From the NCBI RefSeq assembly GCF_032444005.1, contig NC_091285.1, forward strand, positions 11,594,001-11,658,000: 64,000 nucleotides of DNA. The letters run 5' to 3'. Below the pieces are notes generated by a model. That model saw only the letters and a list, made by a program, of their open reading frames with translations, was not told the DNA's origin and did not search any database. This stretch comes from Ranitomeya imitator. Lineage: Eukaryota. The translations under genes were made by a program, and so were the position numbers. Shown here piece after piece: positions 21,766 through 47,894 of the stretch (positions within the stretch are counted from its first letter, which is position 1; the number at the start of each line of letters is the position of its first letter).

Positions 21766-24700
21766 ACGGCAGTTATATTCTTGAGGATAGGAGCAGTATT
21801 ATAGTAGTTATATTCTTGTACATAGGAGTATTATAGTAGTTATATTCTTGTGGATAGGAGCAGTATTATAGTAGTTATATTCTTGTACATAGGGGCAGTA
21901 TTATAGTAGTTATATTCTTGTACATAGGAGCAGTATTATAGTAGTTATATTCTTGTACATAGGGGTAGTATTATAGTAGTTATATTCTTGTGGATAGGGA
22001 CAGTATTATAGTAGTTATATTCTTGTACATAGGGGCAGTATTATAGTAGTTATATTCTTGTACATAGGAGCAGTATTATAGTAGTTATATTCTTGTACAT
22101 AGGGGCAGTATTATAGTAGTTATATTCTTGTACATAGGGGCAGTATTATAGTAGTTATATTCTTGTATATAGGGGGCAGTATTATAGTAGTTATATTCTT
22201 GTAGATAAGAGCAGTATTATAGTAGTTATATTCTTGTGGATAGGGACAGTATTATAGTAGTTATATTCTTGTACATAGGGGCAGTATTATAGTAGTTATA
22301 TTCTTGTACATAGGAGCAGTATTATAGTAGTTATATTCTTGTACATAGGGGCAGTATTATAGTAGTTATATTCTTGTACATAGGGGGCAGTATTATAGTA
22401 GTTATATTCTTGTATATAGGGGGCAGTATTATAGTAGTTATATTCTTGTAGATAAGAGCAGTATTATAGTAGTTATATTCTTGTACATAGGGGGTAGTAT
22501 TATAGTAGTTATATTCTTGTATATAGGGGGCAGTATTATAGTAGTTATATTCATGTACATAGGAGCAGTATTATAGTAGTTATATTCTTGTACATAGGGG
22601 CAGTATTATAGTAGTTATATTCTTGTACATAGGGGGTAGTATTATAGTAGTTATATTCTTGTATATAGGGGGCAGTATTATAGTAGTTATATTCATGTAC
22701 ATAGGAGCAGTATTATAGTAGTTATATTCTTGTACATAGGGGCAGTATTATAGTAGTTATATTCTTGTACATAGGGGGCAGTATTATAGTAGTTATATTC
22801 TTGTATATAGGGGGCAGTATTATAGTAGTTATATTCTTGTACATAGGGGGCAGTATTATAGTAGTTATATTCTTGTATATAGGGAGCAGTATTATAGTAG
22901 TTATATTCTTGTACATAGGGGCAGTATTATAGTAGTTATATTCTTGTACATAGGAGCAGTATTATAGTAGTTATATTCTTGTACATGGGGCAGTATTATA
23001 GTAGTTATATTCCTGTATATAGGTGCAGTATTATAGTAGTTATATTCTTGTACATAGGAGCAGTATTATAGTAGTTATATTCCTGTACATAGGGGCAGTA
23101 TTATATTAGTTATATTCTTGTACATAGGGGCATTATTATAGTAGTTATATTCTTGTACATGGGGCAGTATTATAGTAGTTATATTCTTGTACATATTGGG
23201 CAGTATTATAGTAATTATATTCTTGTACATAGGAGCAGTATTATAGTAGTTATATTCTTGTACATAGGGGGCAGTATTACAGTAGTTACATTCTTGTACA
23301 TAGGGGCAGTATTATAGTAGTTATATTCTTGTACATAGGGGCAGTATTATAGTACTTATATTCTTGTAGATAAGAGCAGTATTATAGTAGTTATATTCTT
23401 GTACATAGGGGGCAGTATTATAGTAGTTATATTCTTGTATATAGGGAGCAGTATTATAGTAGTTATATTCTTGTACATAGGGGCAGTATTATAGTAGTTA
23501 TATTCTTGTACATAGGGGCATTATTATAGTAGTTATATTCTTGTACATGGGGCAGTATTATAGTAGTTATATTCCTGTATATAGGTGCAGTATTATAGTA
23601 GTTATATTCTTGTACATAGGAGCAGTATTATAGTAATTATATTCTTGTACATAGGAGCAGTATTATAGTAGTTATATTCTTGTACATAGGGGGCAGTATT
23701 ACAGTAGTTACATTCTTGTACATAGGGGCAGTATTATAGTAGTTATATTCTTGTACATAGGGGCATTATTATAGTACTTATATTCTTGTAGATAAGAGCA
23801 GTATTATAGTAGTTATATTCTTGTACATAGGGGGCAGTATTATAGTAGTTATATTCTTGTATATAGGGGCAGTATTATAGTAGTTATATTCTTGTACATA
23901 GGGGCAGTATTATAGTAGTTATATTCTTGTATATAGGAGCAGTATTATAGTAGTTATATTCTTGCACATAGGATCAGTATTATAGTAGTTATATTCTTGT
24001 ACATAGGGGCAGTATTATAGTAGTTATATTCTTGTACATAGGAGCAGTATTATAGTAGTTATATTCTTGTACATAGGAGCAGTATTATAGTAGTTATATT
24101 CCTGTACATAGGAGCAGTATTATAGTAGTTATATTCTTGTACATAGGGTCAGTATTATAGTAGTTATATTCTTGTACATAGGAGCAGTATTATAGTAGTT
24201 ATATTCTTGTACATAGGAGCAGTATTATAGTAGTTATATTTTTGTACATAGGAGCAGTATTATAGTAGTTATGTTCTTGTACATAGGAGCAGTATTATAG
24301 TAGTTATATTCTTGTACATAGGAGCAGTATTATAGTAGTTATATTCTTGTACATAGGAGCAGTATTATAGTAGTTATAATCTTGTACATAGGAGCAGTAT
24401 TATAGTAGTTATATTCTTGTACATAGGGGTAGTATTATAGTAGTTATATTCTTGTACATAGGAGCAGTATTATAGTAGTTATATTCTTGTACATAGGGGT
24501 AGTATTATAGTAGTTATATTCTTGTACATAGGAGCAGTATTATAGTAGTTATATTCTTGTACATAGAGGCAGTATTATAGTAGTTATATTCTTGTACATA
24601 GAGGCAGTATTATAGTAGTTATATTCTTGTACATAGGGGTAGTATTATAGTAGTTATGTTCCTGTACATAGGAGCAGTATTATAGTAGTTATATTCTTGT

Positions 24701-24870
24701 ACATAGGGGCAGTATTATAGTAGTTATATTCTTGTGTATAGGAGCAGTATTATAGTAGTTATATTCTTGTACATAGGGGCAGTATTATTGTAGTTATATT
24801 ATTGTACATAGGGGCAGTATTATTGTAGTTATATTCTTGTGTATAGGAGCAGTATTATTGTAGTTATACT
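21766..24870 (-). repeat. Same 35-bp minisatellite in reverse orientation, ~90 copies
   Basis: Unit GGGGCAGTATTATAGTAGTTATATTCTTGTACATA is the reverse complement of the 17408-20990 unit. Confidence 0.98.
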
Positions 24871-25224
24871 GTAACTATTTTTTATTTTTTTAATTATTTT
24901 TAACATTAGATATTTTTACTATTGACGCTGCATACGCAGCATAAATAGTAAAAACTTGGTCACACAGGGTTAATAGCTGCGTTACCGGAGTGCGTTACCC
25001 GCGGCATAACGCGGTCCGTTAACGCTGCCATTAACCCTGTGTGAGCGGTGACCGGAGGGGAGTAAGGAGCGGCCATTTTCTTCCGGTCTGTGCCCGTCGC
25101 TGATTGGTCGTGGCTGTTTTGCCACAACCAATCAGCGACTTGGGATTCCCGTGACAGACAGAGGCCGCGACCAATGAATATCTGTGACAGAAAGACGGAA
25201 GCGACCCTTAGACAATTATATAGA
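24870..25224 (-). mobile_element. Possible non-autonomous Helitron-like 5' end running into the 35-bp array
   Basis: Minus strand begins A|TCTATATAATTGTCTAAGGG followed by TCTGTC-like repeats and hairpins (CACACAGGGTTAAT...ATTAACCCTGTGTG). No 3' CTRR end seen. Confidence 0.4.
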
Positions 25225-25517
25225 TTAGTGCCACACAGCGAGATGATGAAACCTCCATAGAATTTCCTCAATACAATAAAACCGCCATTTACTGCTTCTT
25301 GTTGCAGCACCAGTGTCAGTAACAGCAGAGCCCGCACCTCCGGCAATCACTGCTGTCAGGACGCATCCGACGCCCTAATAATAACAATCCGCCATAGAGC
25401 GATGTCTGACATCATTATCCCGGATCATCTGCCAATAGCAACAACACAGTGCAGAACCGAGCGGACGCCGTATAGCGCTGTTATTAGGGCAGAGGATTAC
25501 AGGGCGATCAGACACTC

Positions 25518-27600
25518 TGCTGTATCTCATTCTCCCCCGTGATACTCTGTTGTATCTCATCCTCTCCGCTGTATCTCATGCTCTTCGCTGTATTCCTTGA
25601 TTGGGCGTTGATCCAGGGAACTAGTCTGATTGCCGTATGTGGAGTCGGGAAGGAATTTTTTTCCCCAATGTGGAGCTTTCTCTTTGCCACATGGTTTTTT
25701 TTGCCTTCCTCTGGATCCACATGTTAGGGCATGTTAGGTTAGGCTATGGGCTGAAGTAGATGGACTTATAGTCTTCCTTCAACCTTAATAACTATGTAAC
25801 TATGTATCTCATCCTCTCTGCTGTATCTCATCCTCTCCGCTGTATCTCATTCTCTCTGCTGTATCTCATCCTCTCTGCTGTATCTCATCCTCTCTGCTGT
25901 ATCTCATTCTCTCCGCTGTATTTCATCCTGTCCGCTGTATCTCATTCTCTCTGCTGTATCTCATCCTCTCCGCTGTATCTCATTCTCTCCGCTGTATCTC
26001 ATCCTCTCCGCTGTATCTCATCCTCTCTGCAGTATCTCATTCTGTCCGCTGTATCTCATCCTCTCTGCTGTATCTCATCCTCTCTGCTGTATCTCATTCT
26101 CTCCGCTGTATTTCATCCTGTCCGCTGTATCTCATCCTCTCTGCTGTATCTCATTCTCTCCGCTGTATTTCATCCTGTCCGCTGTATCTCATTCTCTCTG
26201 CTGTATCTCATCCTCTCTGCTGTATCTCATTCTCTCTGCTGTATCTCATTCTCTCTGCTGTATCTCATCCTCTCTGCTGTATCTCATTCTCTCCGCTGTA
26301 TTTCATCCTGTCCGCTGTATCTCATTCTCTCTGCTGTATCTCATCCTCTCTGCTGTATCTCATTCTCTCTGCTGTATCTCATCCTCTCTGCAGTATCTCA
26401 TTCTCTCTGCTGTATCTCATCCTCTCTGCTGTATCTCATTCTCTCCGCTGTATCTCATCCTCTCTGCTGTATCTCATTCTCTCCGCTGTATCTCATCCTC
26501 TCCGCTGTATCTCATCCTCTCTGCTGTATCTCATCCTCTCTGCTGTATCTCGTCCTCTCTGCTGTATCTCATCCTCTCTGCTGTATCTCATCCTCTCTGC
26601 TGTATCTCGTCCTCTCTGCTGTATCTCATCCTCTCTGCTGTATCTCATTCTCTCCGCTGTATCTCATTCTCTCTGCTGTATCTCATCCTCTCTGCTGTAT
26701 CTCATTCTCTCTGCTGTATCTCATCCTCTCTGCAGTATCTCATTCTCTCTGCTGTATCTCATCCTCTCTGCTGTATCTCATTCTCTCTGCTGTATCTCAT
26801 CCTCTCTGCTGTATCTCATCCTCTCTGCTGTATCTCATCCTCTCCACTGTATCTCATCCTCTCTGCTGTATCTCATCCTCTCTGCTGTATCTCGTCCTCT
26901 CTGCTGTATCTCATCCTCTCTGCTGTATCTCATCCTCTCCGCTGTATCTCATTCTCTCCGCTGTATCTCATCCTCTCCGCTGTATCTCATCCTCTCTGCT
27001 GTATCTCATCCTTTCAGCTGTATCTCATCCTCTCCGCTGTATCTCATCCTCTCCGCTGTATCTCATCCTCTCTGCTGTATCTCATCCTCTCTGCAGTATC
27101 TCATTCTCTCCGCTGTATCTCATCCTCTCCGCTGTATCTCATCCTCTCTGCTGTATCTCATCCTCTCCGCTGTATCTCATCCTCTCCGCTGTATCTCATC
27201 CTCTCCGCTGTATCTCACTCTCTCCGCTGTATCTCATCCTCTCCGCTGTATCTCATCCTCTCTGCTGTATCTCATCCTCTCTGCTGTATCTCATCCTCTG
27301 TGCTGTATCTCATTCTCTCCGCTGTATCTCATCCTCTCCGCTGTATCTCATCCTCTCTGCTGTATCTCATCCTTTCAGCTGTATCTCATCCTCTCCGCTG
27401 TATCTCATCCTCTCCGCTGTATCTCATACTCTCCGCTGTATCTCATCCTCTCCGCTGTATCTCATCCTCTCCGCTGTATCTCATTCTCTCCGCTGTATCT
27501 CATCCTCTCCGCTGTATCTCATCCTCTCCGCTGTATCTCATCCTCTCCGCTGTATCTCATCCTCTCCGCTGTATCTCGTCCTCTCCGCTGTATCTCATCC
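25518..27600. repeat. 19-bp pyrimidine-rich minisatellite upstream of ARFGAP3
   Basis: Unit GCTGTATCTCATCCTCTCC/T, interrupted by a CR1 fragment. Confidence 0.97.
25595..25806 (+). mobile_element. CR1 LINE 3' end
   Basis: GGGCTGAAGTAGATGGACTTATAGTCTTCCTTCAACCTTAATAACTATGTAACTATGT, a CR1-type terminus with AACTATGT repeats. Confidence 0.8.
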
Positions 27601-27607
27601 TTTCTAT

Positions 27608-27803
27608 CGGTGACGTCAGTGACACACTATGGGGCGGGGCTTCCAGCCGGGCAGTGGGCGTGGCTGTGCACTGTGCTTAGGGCGCGCGTTGCGACGGTGA
27701 CGTCACTCGGGGGCGGGGCTGCGTCAGGTGACGTCGCGGCGGTTGCTGACGTGGCTCTCCTGTCCGGCGCCGGTGGTTCTGTCAGTCGGAAGTTCCCGGA
27801 GAG

Positions 27804-27810
<7 letters not shown>
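27608..27810 (+). promoter_or_regulatory. ARFGAP3 CpG-island promoter
   Basis: Full CREs TGACGTCA at 27611 and 27698, CRE-like TGACGT at 27729 and 27747, GC boxes GGGGCGGGGC at 27631 and 27710, ETS CGGAAGT at 27787, YY1-like GATGGCGG over the ATG; no TATA box. Confidence 0.8.
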
Positions 27811-41683
<13,873 letters not shown>

Positions 41684-43081
41684 CCTCGTCCCTCCTCAGA
41701 TAGAAGTCGCTTTTGGTGCGTTGCCGGGGGTCCCGTTTGTCGTGCCCCCTCCTCGGAGGCGGTGAAGGATATGGGCGGTACCTCGGTGTCCCTGCTTGGC
41801 AGGAAGGGAAACCCGTACACATTCTTTGTGCCTTTAATAATTAGCTGCAGTGCATTGTGGGAATGTATGCGCTCTTTGTTTTTTACTTTGATCTCTAATA
41901 ATCTGGTTGATCGGCCATCGCCCCTCAGACCTGGAACTCTTAGGCGCCCCTTTAAGACGTATCCTAAGGAGACGGTGTGCGCCGACCCAGCAGATGTTCT
42001 GGGCTTAGAAGCCGATCTGTGTAATTTTTAATTGAGAATTTAAGTTAAAAAAAAAATTTCCTTTAATCCGTTGGAATGAAACATTCCGGATTATCAGACG
42101 TTTGCACGGAATTAGATTGAGTTGAGGTGAAGATGAAACACTAAAGTAATATTTGTCACAGCCCCAACAGGTCGTCAGACTATCTGGATTATCAGATGCC
42201 GGATTAAAGGAATTGTGCTGTATATAATGTCTGTAGGGTACACGCAATGTTGGTTCCGGATTATTGGATTGTAGGTTAAATTGGGCAGACGCATGGATCC
42301 TAAATATAATCCTGTGGTCAGTCATGGATCCGGATTATAGGATGCCGGATTACTGGACGTGTATGTGGGTAAGATTTGTGCTAGGTTAGGGGATTATTGT
42401 GCGGTGTCGTGGGGCTGCACGGAACAAGGTGAATGGTCCTCCGGTATACGGCAAGATCCGCCCTGTGTATATACGGTATACGCGGTGTGGCATGGACCCG
42501 CCGCCCGTGTGATCTATAGTCATTGCTCACATTGGATGCCGATGATCAGGGGGCCGGAGTTACTCCACCAAAACACACAAACATTACTCTTAAAGGTTAC
42601 AGTTTATGGTGGGAGATGAAGGGTTAAAATTGGGGGTAGGACTTACATCTGTAGTGGAGAACCTGGGACCAGACGACCACCTCTCTGTGACCAGAGCATC
42701 AGACTGATTCCCAGCAGCAGACGACAGCAAAGCCGACGCAGCTTTGGATGTGACTGGAGCATAAATCACGGCGCACCTCGGTATGAACATGGTTTTGTAC
42801 CTTTTATGCACAATGACAATCAGAGGTGGCGCTTAGGTTTCCACTCTCACTTAAGATTTTTTTTTTTTCTTTAGGAAGTTAACTTAATTGTAAAAATTTT
42901 TGGATTCGTCAGTGAATGGAGCAGAAATTTGCTGTGTTTTAGACAGCAATATAACTACATTCGTAGAAAAGTGATGGGTGTGTGTGTTTTTTTTTTGTTT
43001 TTTTTTCCCCCCCTCTTTTTGTTTATTTGTCTAGTTTGTTAATCCCCACGCCAAGTCTCTTTGTAATAATTTGTATTCCAG

Positions 43082-43087
43082 AATAAA
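43082..43087 (+). terminator. Likely ARFGAP3 polyadenylation signal
   Basis: AATAAA after a U-rich tract, ~1.4 kb past the stop codon. Confidence 0.6.
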
Positions 43088-46000
43088 CTTTACATTACAA
43101 CAAGATGGTTGACTGGGTCTGTTCTTAAATGAGCACCGCCCCTTTAAAAAGCAGCTTTAACCAGAGTTTGTTTTTAATTTTTATCATTCTTACTTTTCCC
43201 CTGAGTATTCTGATTTTTATTTTTTTTAAATCCACCATACAGTTCCGGAGATATGACACTTTTTATGTAGCGCTACTTTTTGTTGGTACCGCAGGGGCGG
43301 TGCTTAAGGTAATTATGCGGCGCTGCCTCTGGGTACGCCCCCATGGAATCCTGTGAACTAGGTTTGCTTATATCTCTGGAACCGTATGACGGATTTGAAA
43401 AACGAAAAAAGCGGAAAAATCAAGGGAGGAGATGCAGTAACATTTGGGCACATTTATGTATAATAAAAAAAAAGTATTAGAACGAAGTGTCAATTAATAA
43501 CCAGAACTCGCAGCTGTAACATCCCCTAATAGACCAAGTTGGTAACCTGTAGCTCTCCATTATTTGTAAGAGGACAAATCCCGCCGTGTTGGGAGGAAAC
43601 CCATATACTGGAGCCTCCTATAGCACAAAGAGTATATGATACATACGTATGGTCAGAAGTACAGGAGACATGATTCAAGAGCGTCACTGAACAACGTAAA
43701 GGCTTGTGGTTTCTACCTTCTATCGCCTAGTGTATTATCTCCTTGACAAATGACGGAGGACAGGCGTCATTAACCACGCGGATTTAAAAATACATTATTC
43801 TCTACCTTTTGTAGATGTCCATTATTCCATCTTTGTGCCATTGAAAGGTGATACCGAGAGCTCGGTGCTGGGCTCGGTGCCACCTTGTGTCTTGTTTCTC
43901 CAGCACACACTGATACGCTGCAGTACAAATGTTTGGTTTGTAAAGGAAACATTATCCCCCTACCACCTGTGAGCTGCCGCTTATATTTCCACATCCCCCT
44001 AATCAGTCACCTGCAAACGAGTCTGGCTGTCGCCCGAGCGGAGATAAGCGGCGGCTCAAGGGGAGTGGAGAGAGCGCCCTGAAGCACACAATTGTTTCAT
44101 AGTCTACTCAGTATGACTTTTAGCTATTCATCTAAATGTATCTGTGCCTTTAATACTTGAATGAGAAATGTATCTAAACTAGGGTTCAGCAATAAGATGC
44201 GCAGGACCTTGGTCCAGTGGCCGCTGGATTTTAGCCCTGCAAACCACCTATCTTCTGGGAACATCTGCGCCTTTTCTGACCCAGCATATCATCATGCATT
44301 TGTGGCTCCACAAGGACTATGCTGCATTGGGTCTACTAATTTAAAGAGACACGGGGAAGCCAGCAGGTAGGAGGAGGTTTGCAGGATTTTGGCAACTGGA
44401 CCAGTCCTCTGAATGTTTTTGATCAACTCTAATCTAAATGTCATGGGTTATCATGCCCCCATCTGATAAACCGTGTCCCCTGTCTATCCTAATGCTACTT
44501 TGTCTTTAAATAAAAAATGTTTCTTGTAAAATGAAAGCAGTTGTATATTTTTTTTTTTCAAATTGGCTAGATTTGTCTCTTTCATTTAGATATATTTCAC
44601 GTTATAAATCATATATATATTTTCATGTAGTTTTCGGCAAAGGGTACAGCAATGGGCTCCTGATTTACCCCTAATGATATTAACTTCTGTATGGGAGCTT
44701 TTTGAGATGACTGAATATCAGATCCTCCCCTCCATAATAAAGAGATTAGCCTTAGGCTTCTATACATAATACATGACTTCTGATCATACGGTCTACTGAA
44801 TCCATTATCTAGCCTGTAATGTGTGAAACAAATTAGTTTGTGTAGCCACTATCCTCAACATCACTTAGCACATCTGTTCAGGTGTATGTCACTTGGGCAC
44901 ACAATGAATTTCCCTTTTAGTTTTGACATGGGATGCATAGATGTGCACTTGGTTTATCCCAAGTGATATTAAACTATATAATGGAGCTTTTCAGGACAAG
45001 TAGAGACATCCCCTTGCCCCAAAAAATATTCATATATTTTTAAACATAATATAAAAGTGTGGAGAGATGGGGGAGGGTGAGGGGGGTCAGAAGGTCTCCT
45101 GGACCACTAGCTGAAACCGCATGGACCAGGGATCATCCCACTGAATGCCTGCTCTCCTTTCACGTGGGCTTAACGCTACACAGAAAACAGGGGGAGGGTA
45201 AAGCAGTGTGGCAATACTTTATTGAACCAGAAAACGGGCAGATGACATGTAGAACAGTCACAGCAAAATACCTAAGATGGGTACACATTAGAGTCTCGCC
45301 CTTCCGCTGACTCGCCGGAATAAGAGCAGCTGTTACTTCCAGGTGGACTACCAACCCCTCTGTGATACATACAGAGAAGAGATAACGACAGTCTTTGGAA
45401 GATGACAGTCCATTCAGGTATAAGGCCAGTTGACCGGAGGGTCACAGCCTGGCTTCTCTGAACATCTCCATGGAGCCAGGTGACTGAAGGAACCCATTCC
45501 GGGATTTCACAAACGTATCCATGGTTCAGCGATGGTCAATGGAGCAGATCTGTATTCTTCCAGCTGGTGCCAAGGTCCCCTTAGCTGGCATTCTGAAGAA
45601 TAATAAATCTGTGTGCCTCATGATGGAGCCGTGATGTCTTGGCTGCTGAACTGGAGAGAGTCTCTGGTCCTTTGAATGTCTTGGCTGAATCTGTGTCTCA
45701 TACAGAGGCATATAACCAATTTTTATAGATAACAAGCGCCCTTCATTCAGTAGTCACAGTTGGAATGGTGACAAGATCAACTCGCATTATTTGATTATTT
45801 AATTTATTTGCATAGTTTTTCCTCCTATTTTTAAAAGTCAACAAACTAGCTGGCCTGGACAATACAATCAACATATCAGCAAACATCATTGTTTCGTGAC
45901 TCTTTATCGCTCGTCATCCAGGATAAGAACACAATGTTACAACAAATTCTTAACTTACAAGTCAATATTACAAGCATACACAAACAAAAGTCTGTTTTCT

Positions 46001-46588
46001 TTGACGCCCATGAAGGCACCACGGAGAGAAGGGGATCCGCCCACCAAGCACAGGAAACCTACAGATAAAAAGGTGGTACCTCTCTCCCGTATTAGTTGGT
46101 TTCCTGTCCTTGATGGGAGACCTACAGACTTACCGACAGAAAGACGTCGTGGGATTTCGGGGCCAATTAGTCCTACTCAGGCAGCTGGGGTCTCCCTGCC
46201 TCGGCTGGTGTGGTGACCCAAAGCGCCACCGCTGGGGCTAGTGGGCCTTTAGGGTGTGCGGGTGGATTTGCGGCCACCTCCCCAGGTAAGATACCTGCAG
46301 CAACGACAACATCTAAGGGGGTCCCTCTGTGGTTGGGGGGGGAGTGGCGCGGCTCCCTCCTGAGCGTCAGCCTGCACACTGCAGAAAGCCGGGAGTTCCA
46401 GTGTGCAGAGTCCCGCGTGTCATGCGCTGCGCCATTTTTTATTTGACTGCGCGTGCGTGGGATTTGGCTGAGATTCTAGCGATGCAGGCCATTGCGCATG
46501 CTCCGACTGCAGCAGAGCGCTATCTGCACAGGCACAGGAAGAGAAAGGTTGCCCAAGTCAGGCGCTTTGGTGGGCTTAACCAAGCATC

Positions 46589-47890
46589 ATGAGCGACCTA
46601 AAGGCATCACCCCTCTCAAAATCGCCACCATCACCAGTGTCGCAGCAGCAGCAAAAGCGATGACAGCAAAAAGGACACCAAGATGTTACCGATAAAGAAC
46701 GCCAAAGGTCTCTGCATAGCAAGGAGTCCAGTACAGCGTCCAGCAAAAGGACAGATGCAGAGCATCCCCAACCGGTATTTATGGGTCCATAAGGTGGTAA
46801 GTGATCTCCGTGAAAGTCAGTGACAGTAAGGACATATTTGTCTTTCTTGCTTTAGGGGAACAAAAGCTTAGGCAAATCTAAGCATAGGATTTGTGCCCTT
46901 TGTAGAGAAGACCTTCCGACTACCTGGGAGAAAAGGCTTTGTAGCGCGTGTGTACAACAGACAGTATCCGAAGGGCTTCCCTGGTTCGCAGCCGACCTCA
47001 AAACCCTGATAAAAAAATCAGGTGGAAGACTCCTTTAGATCCCTAAAAGGCGGTAAAAAGGGGAGGAAGACTAGACACAGGTCCCCATCTCCTGGGTCTA
47101 ATATCACGGATAGTGATGATATGGACTCAGATACATCTAACTCCTCTTCTTCTTCATCATCCTCTTCTTCCTCTGGGGGTCACAGTTGTTTTCCCTTGGA
47201 AGACACAGATGACCTCAATAAAGCGGTTAGAAGCCCCTAAAGTAAATGTCGCCATAGCTAAGGCATCAAAGAAATTCGCCCTCCCATTTGAGGACATGGG
47301 GAGGTCTTGAAAGATCCCATGGACAAAAAGGCGGAAGCCTTTCTCAAAAGTTCCTGGGAAGCAGCTGGGGGAGGTCTAAAGCCGGCAGTCGCCGCCGCAT
47401 GTACATCCCGTTCATTAATGGTATGGTTAGACCAACTGGAAGGCCAGCTAAAAGGGAAATCATCCCAGGACTCCATAGTAAACACCTTGCCGGTGATCAG
47501 GGGGGCAGCCGCTTTCTTAGCAGATGCTACTGCCTATTCAATCAGGTTGGCTGCTAGGTGGCCAGTTTTTTCTAACGCGGCTAGGCGCGCCCTCTGGCTT
47601 AAGTGTTGGCCAGGGGACCTGCAGACAAAATCCAAATTGTGTACCATCCCCTGTGAGGGCAAATTCTTATTTGGCTCCACCTTAGATGACATCTTCGAAA
47701 AGGCGGGGGATAAAAAGAAATCCTTTCCCTCCCTGGGTTTCCCTTCCTACAGAAGACCCTTTCGGAGCAAGAGGTTTTTCCGAAGGAAGCTGGAGAAAAA
47801 CCAAAAAAAGTGGAAGGATAAGAGAAACAAGAATAAAGGATTCTTGTTCAATAAGAGCCCCAGTGACAACAAAAAACCTTCCCAATTAAT
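46589..47890 (+). pseudogene. DIRS gag/ORF1 (CxxC...CxxC finger, Ser-rich, LAP2alpha-like region), disrupted
   Basis: ATG 46589; KSKHRICALC...LCSAC from 46856; KDPMDKK...NAARRALWLKCW...CEGKFLFG in ORF 47307. Contains frameshifts and stops. Confidence 0.75.
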
Positions 47891-47894
47891 GTTT

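Noticed and set aside
17408-24870. CRISPR-like appearance of 35-bp repeats
   Set aside because: Head-to-tail repeats with no unique spacers, no cas genes, eukaryotic context.
24960-25346. ORF with a signal-peptide-like start (MPEVRALLLLTLVL) upstream of the TIM gene
   Set aside because: Starts at TTG rather than ATG, has no suitable donor, and runs into a transposon end.
43100-45990. Additional gene downstream of ARFGAP3
   Set aside because: Only short ORFs without motifs or consistent splice chains; looks like decayed repeats.
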